A stretch of 64,000 nucleotides of DNA from Sphyrna mokarran. Lineage: Eukaryota. This document shows, piece by piece, positions 39,328 to 50,600 of this stretch. The stretch lies in assembly GCA_024679065.1 (NCBI GenBank), contig JAGIQG010000009.1, forward strand, positions 91,202,001 to 91,266,000, written 5' to 3'. A program made the translations under genes and the position numbers. Within the stretch, counting starts at the first letter, position 1; the number at the start of each line of letters is the position of its first letter. Below the pieces are notes generated by a model that searched no databases, was not told where the DNA came from, and saw only the letters and a program-made list of their open reading frames with translations.

Positions 39328-40854
39328 TATGGATAAGTAACTGGCTTAGTAATAGGAGACAGAGAGTAATAGTGGAAGGGTGTTTTTCTAGCTGGAGGTC
39401 AGTCAGTAGTGGTGTGCTGCAGGGCTCGGTACTGGGACCTCTTCTATTTGTAATATATATAAATGACTTGGAAGAGGGAGTAAGTGGAGTGATCAGCAAG
39501 TTTGCAGATGATACAAAGATGGCGGGACTTGCGGATAGTGAGGAGCATTGTCAGGCGATGCAGCAGGACATAGATAGGCTGGTAGCTTGGGCAGACAGAT
39601 GGCAGATGGAATTCAATCCTGATAAATGTGAGGTGATGCATTTCGGGAGAAAGAATGTAGGGGGAGGTATATGATAAAGGGTAGACCTATTAAGAGTATA
39701 GAAATGCAGAGGGACCTGGGGGTGCAGGTGAACAAGTCTCTGAAGGTGGCAGAGCAAGTGGAGAAGGTTGTGAAGAAAGCATATAGTATGTTAGCCTTTA
39801 TAGGAAGGGGTATAGAGAACAAGAGCTGGCCTTTAATGTTGCAGTTATAGAAAACGTTGGTTAGACCTCATTTGGAATACTGCGTCCAGTTCTGGTCACC
39901 TTACTACCGGAAGGATGTGGAGACTCTGGAGAGGGTGCAGAGGGGGTTTACCAGGATGCTGCCCTGATATGGAAGGCCTGAGTTATGAGGAGAGGTTAGG
40001 CAAATTGGGGCTGTTTTCCTTAGAAAGACGTAGACTTAGAGGAGATCTAGTAGAGGTGTACAAGATTATTATAGGGGTATCGATAGATTAAACAGGGTTA
40101 AGCTTTTTCCTAGGATGGACTCAAATAGCACGAGGGGTCACGGGCTTAGGGTGAGGAGGGTAAGGTATAATTTGGATGCTAGAGGGAGTTTTTTCACACA
40201 GAGGGTGGTGGAGGTATGGAATGCGCTGCCAAGTAAAGTGGTAGAGGCAGGTACTCTGGAATTATTTAAGAAATACTTAGATGGGCACATGAACAGAATG
40301 GGAATGGAGGGGTATAGAAAACTGATTTAAAATAAGGATCATGAGCCTTGGGAGTGTGTAAATAGATGATGATATTGATGTACTTGTTTTTAACCTACAG
40401 GTGCTTTTGTCCACCTTGTTGTCTAACAAGTGGCATATACACGATGGGTCGTGAGAGGGCTGCTCTTGGATTTTTTTTTGAGATATCCTAGTGCTTCACG
40501 TCGTTAGTGTACGCTTGACCTGGACCATTTGATGGGCAACACGACAGCTCAGTGGCTATCGCTGTGCTGTGCAGATACATGGATTTGGGCCTGTGTCTGT
40601 GGGAGTTTGCGCATTTTCCCTGTACTTGCGTGGGTTTTCTCCGGGTGCTCCGGTTTCCTCCCACATCCCAAAGATGTGCTCTTAGGCTAATTGGCAAAAC
40701 AAATTCTCCCTAAATTGTCTCAAATTTGGTCTTTAATCCATAGATCTATAAACATGGACAGGGGTCACGGGTAGAGGTGGGAACATCAGGATGGTGGCAC
40801 GGGCTTGTTGGGCTGAAGGGCCTGTTTCCCATGCTGCTTTGTTCTTTGTTCTTT
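39328..40854 (+). mobile_element. CR1 LINE subfamily A with complete composite 3' UTR; possible TSD GTAAA
   Basis: RT motifs QGSVLGPLLF and KFADDTK. The UTR has an acceptor-like motif (AG 40399-40400), an embedded SINE and a (TTTGTTC)n tail. GTAAA at 39323-39327 and 40855-40859. Confidence 0.93.
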
Positions 40855-41048
40855 GTAAAGAGGAGATTTGAGAAAACTCTGGCTGGTAAAAGGAAGAAAA
40901 ATCCCAAGATACTCTGAGTATATCAGTGAAAAGGAGAGGATCATGGAAAGAATAGGCTCATTCTGGACCAGGGGACAATCTGTAGCCGGAAACAGAGAAC
41001 ATCAGTGGAGTGTTGAGTAAATACTTTGCCTCTGTTTTCACCCAAGAA

Positions 41049-42533
41049 AACATGTCAATCTCCCCCGTTCCGCAGACCTTCCTAGTGTCATGGCACTTAT
41101 TGAATACTTCCTTGTCAAATTACTCCTTCCAAAGTATATCACCTCACACTTTTCAGGGATAAATTCTATCTGTCGCTTATCTGTCCAATTACCTATGCCT
41201 TCTATATTTCTTGTAGCCTAAGGCACTCAATCTCTATGATAACTACCCAGCCAATCTTTGTATCACCCCTGAGCTTACTAATCTTACTCCCCACATAATC
41301 AACTATGCTGCTTATATAAATGATGAATAATAAGACAGATTCCCCCTGGAATTCCACTGGACACTGGCTTCCAGTCACTAAAGCAGCCCTCTATCATCAC
41401 CCTCTGTCACCTATAACAGCCAATTTTAAATCCACCTTATCAAATTACCCTTATCGAAGGTTTAGCTGAAATCCATATAAATCATATCAACTGCACTATT
41501 ATCACCTAAATAACTCATCACCTCCTCAAAAACTCAATCAAATGTTAGGCATGACATCCTAGTGATAAAGCTATTTTGACTATCCCTGATCAAACCTTGT
41601 CTCTCCAAGTGGAGAAAGATTCTCTCTTTCCTGAATTTCCGCATCTGAAAATGCGGATGAAGGTGTGGAATTCAGGGAAAGAGACTGAGGTTGTTGAATA
41701 AATTGACATAGGGAGTGACAAGATATTGGAGGTGTTGGCAGGCTTAGAAGTAGGCAAATCAGCTCATAGGCTGCTGTGGGAAGCAAGGGAGGAGATTGCA
41801 AGGGCACTGACCCAAATTTTTAATTCCTCGTTGGCCATGGGGGAGATGCTAGAAGGCTGGAGAACTACTAATGTGGTTCCACTGTTTAAGAAGGGTTGTA
41901 GAGTGAAACCTTTGTCACATCAGGGTAGGGTAACTATTGGAAAAAATTCAGGAAAGAGAGAATCTTTCTCCACTTGGAGAGACAAGGTTTGATCAGGGAT
42001 AGTCAAAATAGCTTTATCACTAGGATGTCATGCCTAACATTTGATTGAGATTTTGAGGAGGTGATGAGTTATTTAGGTGATAATAGTGCAGTTGATATGA
42101 TTTATATGGATTTCAGCTAAACCTTTGATAAGGGTAATTTGATAAGGTGGATTTAAAATTGGCTGTTATAGGTGACAGAGGGTGATGATAGAGGGCTGCT
42201 TTAGTGACTGGAAGCCAGTGTCCAGTGGAATTCCAGGGGGAATCTGTCTTATTATTCATCATTTATATAAGCAGCATAGTTGATTATGTGGGGAGTAAGA
42301 TTAGTAAGCTCAGGGGTGATACAAAGATTGGCTGGGTAGTTATCATAGAGATTGAGTGCCTTAGGCTACAAGAAATATAGAAGGCATAGGTAATTGGACA
42401 GATAAGCGACAGATAGAATTTATCCCTGAAAAGTGTGAGGTGATATACTTTGGAAGGAGTAATTTGACAAGGAAGTATTCAATAAGTGCCATGACACTAG
42501 GAAGGTCTGCGGAACGGGGGAGATTGACATGTT
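41049..42533. repeat. Near-perfect 590-bp inverted duplication (41049-41638 / 41944-42533), 305-bp spacer
   Basis: The arm ends match as reverse complements (AACATGTCAATCTCCCCCG / CGGGGGAGATTGACATGTT and TCTCTTTCCTGAATTT / AAATTCAGGAAAGAGA). Only about 2 mismatches were noticed. Confidence 0.92.
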
Positions 42534-42619
42534 AGTAGGGTGGTGGGAAAGACATTGTGGATACTTACCTTTATCAATTGAGCCATAGATTACAAAAGCA
42601 GGGAAGTCATGGTGTTTCA

Positions 42620-42905
42620 TGGGGCAACACAGTGCCACAGTTGTTAACACTTTACCTCACAGCGCCAGAGATCCAGGTTCGATTCCCGGTTTGGGTGACT
42701 GTCTGTATGGAGTTTGTACATCCTCCCCGTATCTGCATGTGTTTCCTCCGGGTGCTCCACAGTCTGAAAGACCTGATGGGGTTAGGTGCATTGGCCACCT
42801 AAATTCTCCCTCAATGTACCTGAACAGGAGCTGGGAATGTGGTGACTAGGAGCTTTTCACAGTAACTTCATGTAAGTCTACTTGTGACACTGATAAATAA
42901 TAAAT
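42620..42905 (+). mobile_element. V-SINE (variant tail)
   Basis: GGGGCAACACAGTGCCACAGTTGTTAACAC...CCAGGTTCGATTCCCGG head and V domain. The tail is shared with 62683-62965. Confidence 0.85.
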
Positions 42906-44084
42906 AAAATTTAAAATTTTAAACTTTAACTGAGTTGTATAGAACTTTGGTGAGGCCACAGCTAAAGTACTGTGTGTAGTTCTTGTTGCTATATTATGAA
43001 AGGATGTGATTTTAATGGAGGGGCTGCAGAGAGATTCACCAGGATGTTGTCTGGGGTGGAACATTTAAGAGGAGAGGTTGGATAAGCTTAGGTTGTTTTC
43101 ACTGGAACAGAGAAGATTGAAGGGCAATCTGTTGGAATTGTATAAGATTATGAGGGACATGGACAAGGTGGATAAGGAGCAGCTGTTTCCCTCAGTTGAA
43201 TGGTCTTTGAAAGGTGTACCTTCTCCACCTGAGATGCCACTGTCATGACCTATGTACCTGTACACCCAGATCCCTCTACCTATCAATACTCTTAAGGGCT
43301 CTGTCCTATGTACCTAGTGGTTTGATTGTCAGCAAATGTCTAACTGCCCTTTTACACTTGCTAATGTGTTCTGGAGCATTTCTGGTTTTCAGTTGTCTGA
43401 GCTTGAATTTTGTAAAAGCCAGTCTCCAGGCACAATTGTCTTCGTGTGTTTGGACTGAACTATTTCTAGCATACCGTGTTTATTGGTCAATTTTTATGCC
43501 TTGTTTTTATTTCACCTGCTGTGCTTATATTTCCGGCTTCACCGTTGTTGGTAGTTGGTTCCTCTTTAATGATTCTATTTCACTCCAGCAGGCACAGGCT
43601 GGTATAGAGGGAATATCTAAGCCATAGTGACAATATTATAATATTGCTTAAGATCATCACTGAAGAAGAATTAAAGACAACAAAGATCAGGGTAATTGAT
43701 TGAAGAAATTGATCTTGAGAAGCCACTATTGTTTGCTCTTGAGCACTTGCACCTTCAAAGTCACTAGAATGGGCCCCATCTATCTAAGTTAGAGGCTTGG
43801 CTGAGATGCTGAGATTTACTTTGGTGTATCAGTCCCTCTGATAACTCCTCATTCATGCCCAGGACACTTGTTGCCTCCATCATTTCCTCATGTGGGTGTG
43901 ATGTTCCCTCACCACAGTGCAACTCGGACTGAGCCAACTTGTTATAGCTCACCGACATGCCTGATTCTACGCAGGTGCTTCAACAGAGCTGATGTGACAT
44001 TGCTTAGTGAATCTGTATGTCAGTTAAGAACATCATCACTAAGTATCTGTGTAAGAATGACGGTTATTTGCCAAAACAGTGTTA

Positions 44085-45600
44085 GTCATAGAGTTTTAGA
44101 CATTTACAGCATGGGAACAGTCCCTTCCACCCAAATTGTCCATGCTACTCTCTTTTTTTAAAACTCCTAAGCTAATCCCAATTGCCTGCATTTGGCCCAT
44201 ATTCCTCTATACCTATCATATCCAAGTGATTATCTAAATGCTTTTTAAAAGACAAAATTGTACCCGCTTCTACTATGCCGTCTAGCAGCTTGTTCCAGAC
44301 ACTCACTATCCTCTGTGAGAAAAAATTGCCCCTCTGGACACTTTTGTACCTCTCCCCTTTCACTTATACCTTTGCTGTCTAGTTTTATACTTCCCTATCT
44401 TTGGGAAAAGATATTGAGTATCTAGTTGACCAATGCCAGTCATTATTTTAGAGACCTCTATAAGATCACCCCTCGGCCTCCTATGTTCCAGAGAAGAGAG
44501 TCCCAGTCGATCCAGTCTCTCTTTATTATTCAATCCATCAAGTCCCAGTAGCATCATTGTAAATCTTTTCTGCACTCTTTCCAGGTTAAATAATATCCTT
44601 TCTATAATAGGGTGACTAAAATTGCACACAGTATTCCAAGTGACCTTACCAATGTGTTGTACAGATATTCCAACTCTTATATTCGATATTCTGACCAATG
44701 AAACCAAGCATGCCTAATGCTTTCTTCACTACTCTGTCCATCTGTGACTCCGCTTTCAAGGAGCTATGACTATGAACCCCCAGATCTCTTTGTTTTGTAA
44801 CTCTCCCCAACACTCTACAATTAACTGAAAAGTCCAGCCCTGGTTCAATCTATCAAAATACATCACCTTGCATTTGTCTAAATTAAGCTCCATCTGCCAT
44901 TGGTCAGCCCTCTGGTCCAATTGGTCAAGATTCCATTGTAATTGGAGATAATTTTCTTCACGTCCACTACGCCACCAATCTTAGTGTCATTTGCAAACTT
45001 ACTAACCAAGCCTCCTACATTCTCATCCAAGTCATTAATATCAATGACAAATAACAGTGGATACAGTCCTGATCTCCGAAGTACACTGCTGCTCACTGGC
45101 CTCCAGTCTGAAAAACAATTCTCTACAACCACCCTCTGGTTTCTGTCAAGAAGCCAATTTTTGTATCTATTTGGATATCTCACCCTGGATCCTGTGAGAT
45201 TTAACTTTATGCAACAACCTACCACATAGTACCTTGTCAAAGGTCTTGCTAAAGTCCATGTAGACAACTTCAACTGCACTGCCCTCATCTACCTCCTTGG
45301 TTACCCCTTCAAAAAACTCAATTAAATTTATGAAACATGATTTTCACTCACAAAGCCATACTGACTGTCCCCAATCAGTCCTTGCATCTCTAAATGCCTG
45401 TAGATCCTGTCTCTCAAAATACTTTCCAACAATTTATGCACCACAGATGTGAGGCTCACTGGCCTTAGTTCCTAGGTTTTTTCTTGCAGTCCTTTTTAAA
45501 CAAAGGCACAACATTTGCCACTCTCCAATCTTCAGGCACCTCTCCCGTGACTATCAATGATTCAAATATCTTGACTAGGGAACCCGCAATTTCCTTCCTA
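44085..45600 (-). mobile_element. Degraded CR1 LINE
   Basis: PEDWRVANVVPLFKK, VSKFANDTKIGG, LERVQKRFT and FFSQRIVSVWN. Confidence 0.9.
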
Positions 45601-45864
45601 CTGTTATGGAATATTTTAAACCAACACTCACAGGGTCTTTTGTACAAATGTCAAGCAGCCTTTATTCTTTTATACTGTTGGGGAGGCAATCTCCACGAGT
45701 AAACTAGGAAACTTCTCCAACATAACAGAGTTTCAAAACAGTTTATGTTCTATTCTTGTTTTGTTACAATCACAATGACACCTACAATACTATCAAAGGT
45801 ACACCACAGGATAACCACCACCATGTTAACCAGTTAAAAAAATGAGCAGGCCATTGTGATTGCT

Positions 45865-48150
45865 TGATTTTGATTTATTATTGTTACATATATTGGTATA
45901 CAGTGAAGAGTATTGTTTCTTATGCTCTATACAGATAAAGAATTCTGTTCATCAAGTACCTTGGGGAGAAGAAAAGGACAGGGTGCAGAATATAGTGTTA
46001 CAGTCATAGCTATGGTGTAGAGAAATATTAGCTTAATATATGGTAGGTCTATTCAAAAGTCTGATGGCAGCAGGGAAGGAGATGTTCTTGAGTGATCTCA
46101 GACATTTGTATCTTTTTCTGGCGGAAGAAGGTAGAAGAGAATATGGCTGGGGTGCACGGGGTCCCTGATTACACTGGTTGTTTTTCTGAGGGATGGAAAG
46201 TGGAGACAGAGCCAATGGATAGGAGGCTGATTTGTATGATGACTGGGCTATGTTCACAACCCTTTGTAATTTCTTGTGGTCTTGGTCAGAGCAGTAACTA
46301 TACGAAAAAGTTGTGATACATCTGGAATGGTGCACCTGTAAAATTGGTGAGAGTCATAGCGGACATGTCAAATTTCCTTAGCTTGCTGAGAAAGTAGAGG
46401 CGTTGATAGGTTTTCTTAACTATAATGTCAGCATGGAGAGATCAGGACATGTTGTTGGTGACCTGGATACCTAGAAGCTTGAAGCTCTCAACCATTTCCA
46501 CTTAATCCCCATTGAAGTAAACAGGCTCTTTCTCCAACTGGAGGTGTGTCACTAGTGGTGTGCCACAGGGCTCAGTACTAGGACCTCTTCTATTTGTGGT
46601 TTATATAAATGACTTGGAAGAGGGGGTAGGTGGTGTGATCAGCAAATTTGCTGATGACACTAAGATGCTTGGATTGACGGGGACTGAGGAGCAATGCCAG
46701 GCAATACAACAGGACATAGATAGGCTGGTAGACTGGGCAGATAGATGGCAAATGGAATTTAATCCGGATAAATGCGAAGTGATGCATTTTGGCCGGAATA
46801 ATGTAGAGGGGAGTTACAGGATAAAAGGTAAAACTATCCAGAGTATAGAGACGCAGAGAGACCTGGGGGTGCAGGTTCACAAGTCTCTGAAGGTGTCAGT
46901 ACAAGTGGAGAAAGTGATAAAGAAAGCGTATGGTATGTTAGCCTTCATAGGAAGGGGTATAGAATACAAGAGTAGGAGTCTGATGTTGCAATTGTATAGA
47001 ACGTTGGTTAGGCCTCACTTGGAGTACTGCGTCCAGTTCTGGTTGCTGTACTACCGGAAGGATGTGGAGGCCTTGGAGAGAGTACAGAGGAGATTTACCA
47101 GGATGCTGCCTGGTATGGAAGGGCTGTCTTACGAGGAAAGATTGAACACACTAGGGTTGTTTTCCCTTGAAAGACGTCGGCTGAGAGGGGATCTATTAGA
47201 GGTATATAAGATTATAAGGGGTATAGATACAGTAAATGGTGGGAAGCTTTTTCCACCATTAGAAATGGATAGAACGAGGGGTCATGGCCTTAGGGTGAGG
47301 GGGGGCTATGTATAAGACGAATATTAGAGGGCAGTTTTTCACACAAAGGGTAGTGGGGGTGTGGAATGCACTGCCGAGTAAAGTGGTGGGAGCAGGCATG
47401 CTAGGGTTGTTTAAGGGTCTCTTGGACAGCCACATGAGCAGTCTGCAGATAGAGAGATATAGCAGGACTGTCTAAATATCTTATTTGTTTCCACAGGCAA
47501 TTCGGTCCACCTTGTTGACCAACAAGGTGCATGCATTCGGCAGGTCGTGCGAGGGCTGCTCTTGGATGTTGCTTCAGGAGTGGCCTAGTGCTTCAAGTTG
47601 TTAGTGTATGCTTAAATTGGACCATCTGATGGGCAACATGACAGCTCAGAGACTATCGCTGTTGCTGTGCAGACACATAGATTTGGCCTGTGTCTGCGGG
47701 AGTTTGTACGTTCTCCCCGTGGTTGCGTGGGTTTTCTCCGGGTGCTCCGGTTTCCTCCCACATCCCAAAAATGTGCTCTTAGGCTGATTGGGTAACAAAT
47801 TGTCCCTATATTTGTCCCTATATGGGAATCTTCCACAATAGGCATAGCCTAAAGTCATGGATATGTCATTAAGACGTTAGGACAGCGGCGCGGGCTCGTT
47901 GGGCCGAAGGGCCTGTTTCCCGTGCTGTGTTGCTCTCTGTTCTTTGTTCTATCCTTCACTACGCTTCCTCAAGTCGGTGACAATTTCTTTTGTTTTACTG
48001 ACGTTGAGGGAGAGATTATTGTCATTGCACATTTCACCAGATTCTCTATCTCTTTCCTATACTTCATCTCATTGTTTGATATCCAACCCACTATGGTGGT
48101 ATCATCAACAAACGTGAAAAGGGAGTTGGAGCAGAATTTGGTCACATAGT
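45865..48150 (-). mobile_element. Rex1/Babar-type LINE fragment (45865-46525 and 47952-48150) split by a CR1
   Basis: FTFVDDTTIVGWISNN..YRKEIENLV, KKLQRVVNIAQS and FPAAIRLLN. Same family as 21150-21680. Confidence 0.85.
46526..47951 (+). mobile_element. CR1 LINE (B-like variant) with complete composite 3' UTR
   Basis: ORF 46560-47315 (251 aa, RT C-terminus). The UTR has TTTGTTTCCACAG, a structured segment, an embedded SINE and a GGGCCGAAGGGCCTGTTTCC tail. Confidence 0.95.
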
Positions 48151-49095
48151 TACAAGTTTCAACCAAAAAAAGTGATCCATTTACCCCTGACATGGAAGGA
48201 GAGAAATCTTCACATAAATATCAACCTTGGAGGGACAACTCATCGTCCATTGTTTTCAGTTAGGAAATAACATTAGCACTAATGTCTGTCTGAGTCAAGG
48301 TGGGTGCTAAGGATGCCAAGGATCATCCAACAGAATGTCCTCAGGAGAAGTGTTTGTGATGTTGTTTGCTGAAGCAAACTGTGTGACTCACACGACTGCA
48401 CTTTATCAGCTTAGTGTGCAATAATCATTATAATCCCAGAATTGGAAGCCCCACTTCAATAGGTGCATGCCTGTCTTCACTGTGAATGGCCAACCAAAAT
48501 GAGTATTCAGTTCTATAGCTGGCTTATGGGGACCCTGAACTTTAATTCTGTTTTTCTCTCTCCACAGATGCTGCCAGACATTCTGCATTTATGCAGCATT
48601 TTCTGTTTCTGGGTGTTCAGGATTCAAACTTCTCATTGAAGATGCCAGGATTCTGCCCTTTCTCACACTCCAGTTTCTCATCTGTCTACTGCACTCTTAT
48701 CGTCGTCTGAGACCCTTGCCTCTCTCAGACCCGTGAGTCTTCTTCATCACTTGCATTCCATGTCCTGGATATCCATCTCAAACCTGGACAGGATCTGGGT
48801 GCTGGGGACTCTACCATCTGTTTGTGGGGGCTCCAGTACCTTTTTCCTTCTCTTCTCCTGAACATAAACAAATGCATTCATTAGTCCATTCTCAAACTGC
48901 AACACCATTCTAGCCTTGTGAGCCATGCATCCTGAGAGCCAGCTTGAGTTGCTCATCATATTGGCACTCATTTTATACACAAAGTGAAAGGCAACGCCTC
49001 TCAGTCTTGGCAGATAGATGGACATGTGGCTGTTCACAGTATGCATTTCACACCCCTGAGTGCTGCAATATATGGTCACCATCCAAGCCATCTTG

Positions 49096-49412
49096 CTGGC
49101 ATAGTGGTTAACACTGTTGCCTCACAGCGCCAGGACCCGGGTTCAATTCCGGCCTTGGATAACTGTGCAGCATTTGCACAAGCTCCTGTTGTCTATGTGG
49201 ATTTCCTCTGGGTGCTCCAGTTTCCTCCCATAAGCCAAAGATGTGCAGGTTAGGTGGATTAGCTGTGCTAAATTGCCCCTTAGTGTCCCAAGATTAGCTG
49301 GATTGGCAGAGTAAATGTATGAGAGGTTGGTTTGGGTAAGATGCTCTGTTGGAGAGTTTGTGCAGACTCAATGGGCCAAATAGCCTCCTTCTGCACTGTA
49401 GGGATTCTATTA
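49096..49412 (+). mobile_element. HE1-type V-SINE
   Basis: TGGCATAGTGGTTAACACTGTTGCCTCACAGCGCCAGGACCCGGGTTCAATTCC head, V domain and tail. Confidence 0.88.
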
Positions 49413-50287
49413 AATCTATACTCAGTTCCATGCCATTCTTGTGGAGTGCAGGGGCTCATTGAAGTATGGATCCATGTGTACCATACCACATTATGTCCAC
49501 TCTCCTGGACAGTCACCTCCATCCAGGCCTTGTTTGTATGGTTGAGTCACTTCTTGTCATCCTGTGACATTAGTAGTTCATGCTGAACACTAATTGTCTC
49601 CATCAGAGTATGCAGACAGTTGTAGGAGAATCATAGGTCAGAGTGGCCACCAGCATTGAAATCCCACCTGCCACGCCCACTGGGTGCTGAGACTATCAAT
49701 TGTGCCAGATTTTCCATTCATTCATTGACAGCTTGCTTAAGCCCCTTCGCAGCCTTTAGGGAACTGGCTGGGCTCATTTTATATCCCACACTGAGTCACT
49801 ATTTAACCCAGCGCTCGTCAACCTCCTGCCCTTGCTGGAAGTATCAATGTCCAGTGTTTCAAGCTGGCCAACCTTTGATTGGGCAGTCAGTTTTGAAATC
49901 AGGCATTTTTGTCATATGCAGCTGGAAGCAGACAAAGTGGCCTGATTTCTATCTAAGTTACAATCTGAAAGGCTATCTTTGACATATATTGTTATTTGAC
50001 TTTATTCCCTGGGTTTGTTGTTGGTTAGTGGATAAGTTAGGCTGTAACTTTTGCTCTTTCACTATAAGAGTGTTCACAAGACTATGTGCAATTTCAATAA
50101 TTCTTCTGACTTCTTGGAACTTGTCTTGAATATTTTGTAAAAGCAGCTAATGCTGTCTCACTGTCAGACTTCATGGCTACACTTTGATACAGCACAGTAA
50201 ACAATTATGCACAACATCCTCAATATCTCTTTTTTCTTATTTAATAGTCTATGTTCATCTATTACTTTTATTTATGATCGCAATTCA

Positions 50288-50600
50288 GAAATAGAATCCC
50301 TAAGTAAGAAGAAGGCCATTCAGCCCATCAAGCCTGCACCGACAATAATCCCACCCAGGCTCTAACCCTGTAATCCCTCGTACTTACCTGATTCCCCTGA
50401 CACTAAAGGCCAATTTATCCTGGCCAACGAAACTAATTGCACATCTTTGGACTGTGGGAGCAAACTAGGGCACTCAGAGGAAACACAGACACTAAGAGAA
50501 TGTGCAGACTCCTTGTAGGCAGTCACTTGAAGCCAGAATTGAACCTGGGTCCCTGGAGCTGTGAGGCAGCAGTGCTAACCACTGTGCCATCTTGCCACCC
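50288..50600 (-). mobile_element. HE1-type V-SINE
   Basis: Minus-strand head GGTGGCAAGATGGCACAGTGGTTAGCACTGCTGCCTCACAGCTCCAGGGACCCAGGTTCAATTC, followed by V domain and tail. Confidence 0.88.

Larger units (their letters stand above)
39150..43215 (+). mobile_element. Old degraded CR1 LINE interrupted by a younger CR1 (39328-40854), an inverted duplication (41049-41638) and a SINE (42620-42905)
   Basis: CR1 text is continuous across the inserts (...ATCAGGAAAGTAAA | GAGGAGATTTGAGAAAACTCTGGC...). Motifs EAREEIARAL and NVVPLFKKG. Confidence 0.8.

Noticed and set aside
47504-47623. 5S rRNA origin for the 120-nt structured UTR segment
   Set aside because: Only short words resemble 5S (CAGGTCG, CTTGGATG), and the arm lengths do not match the 5S fold.
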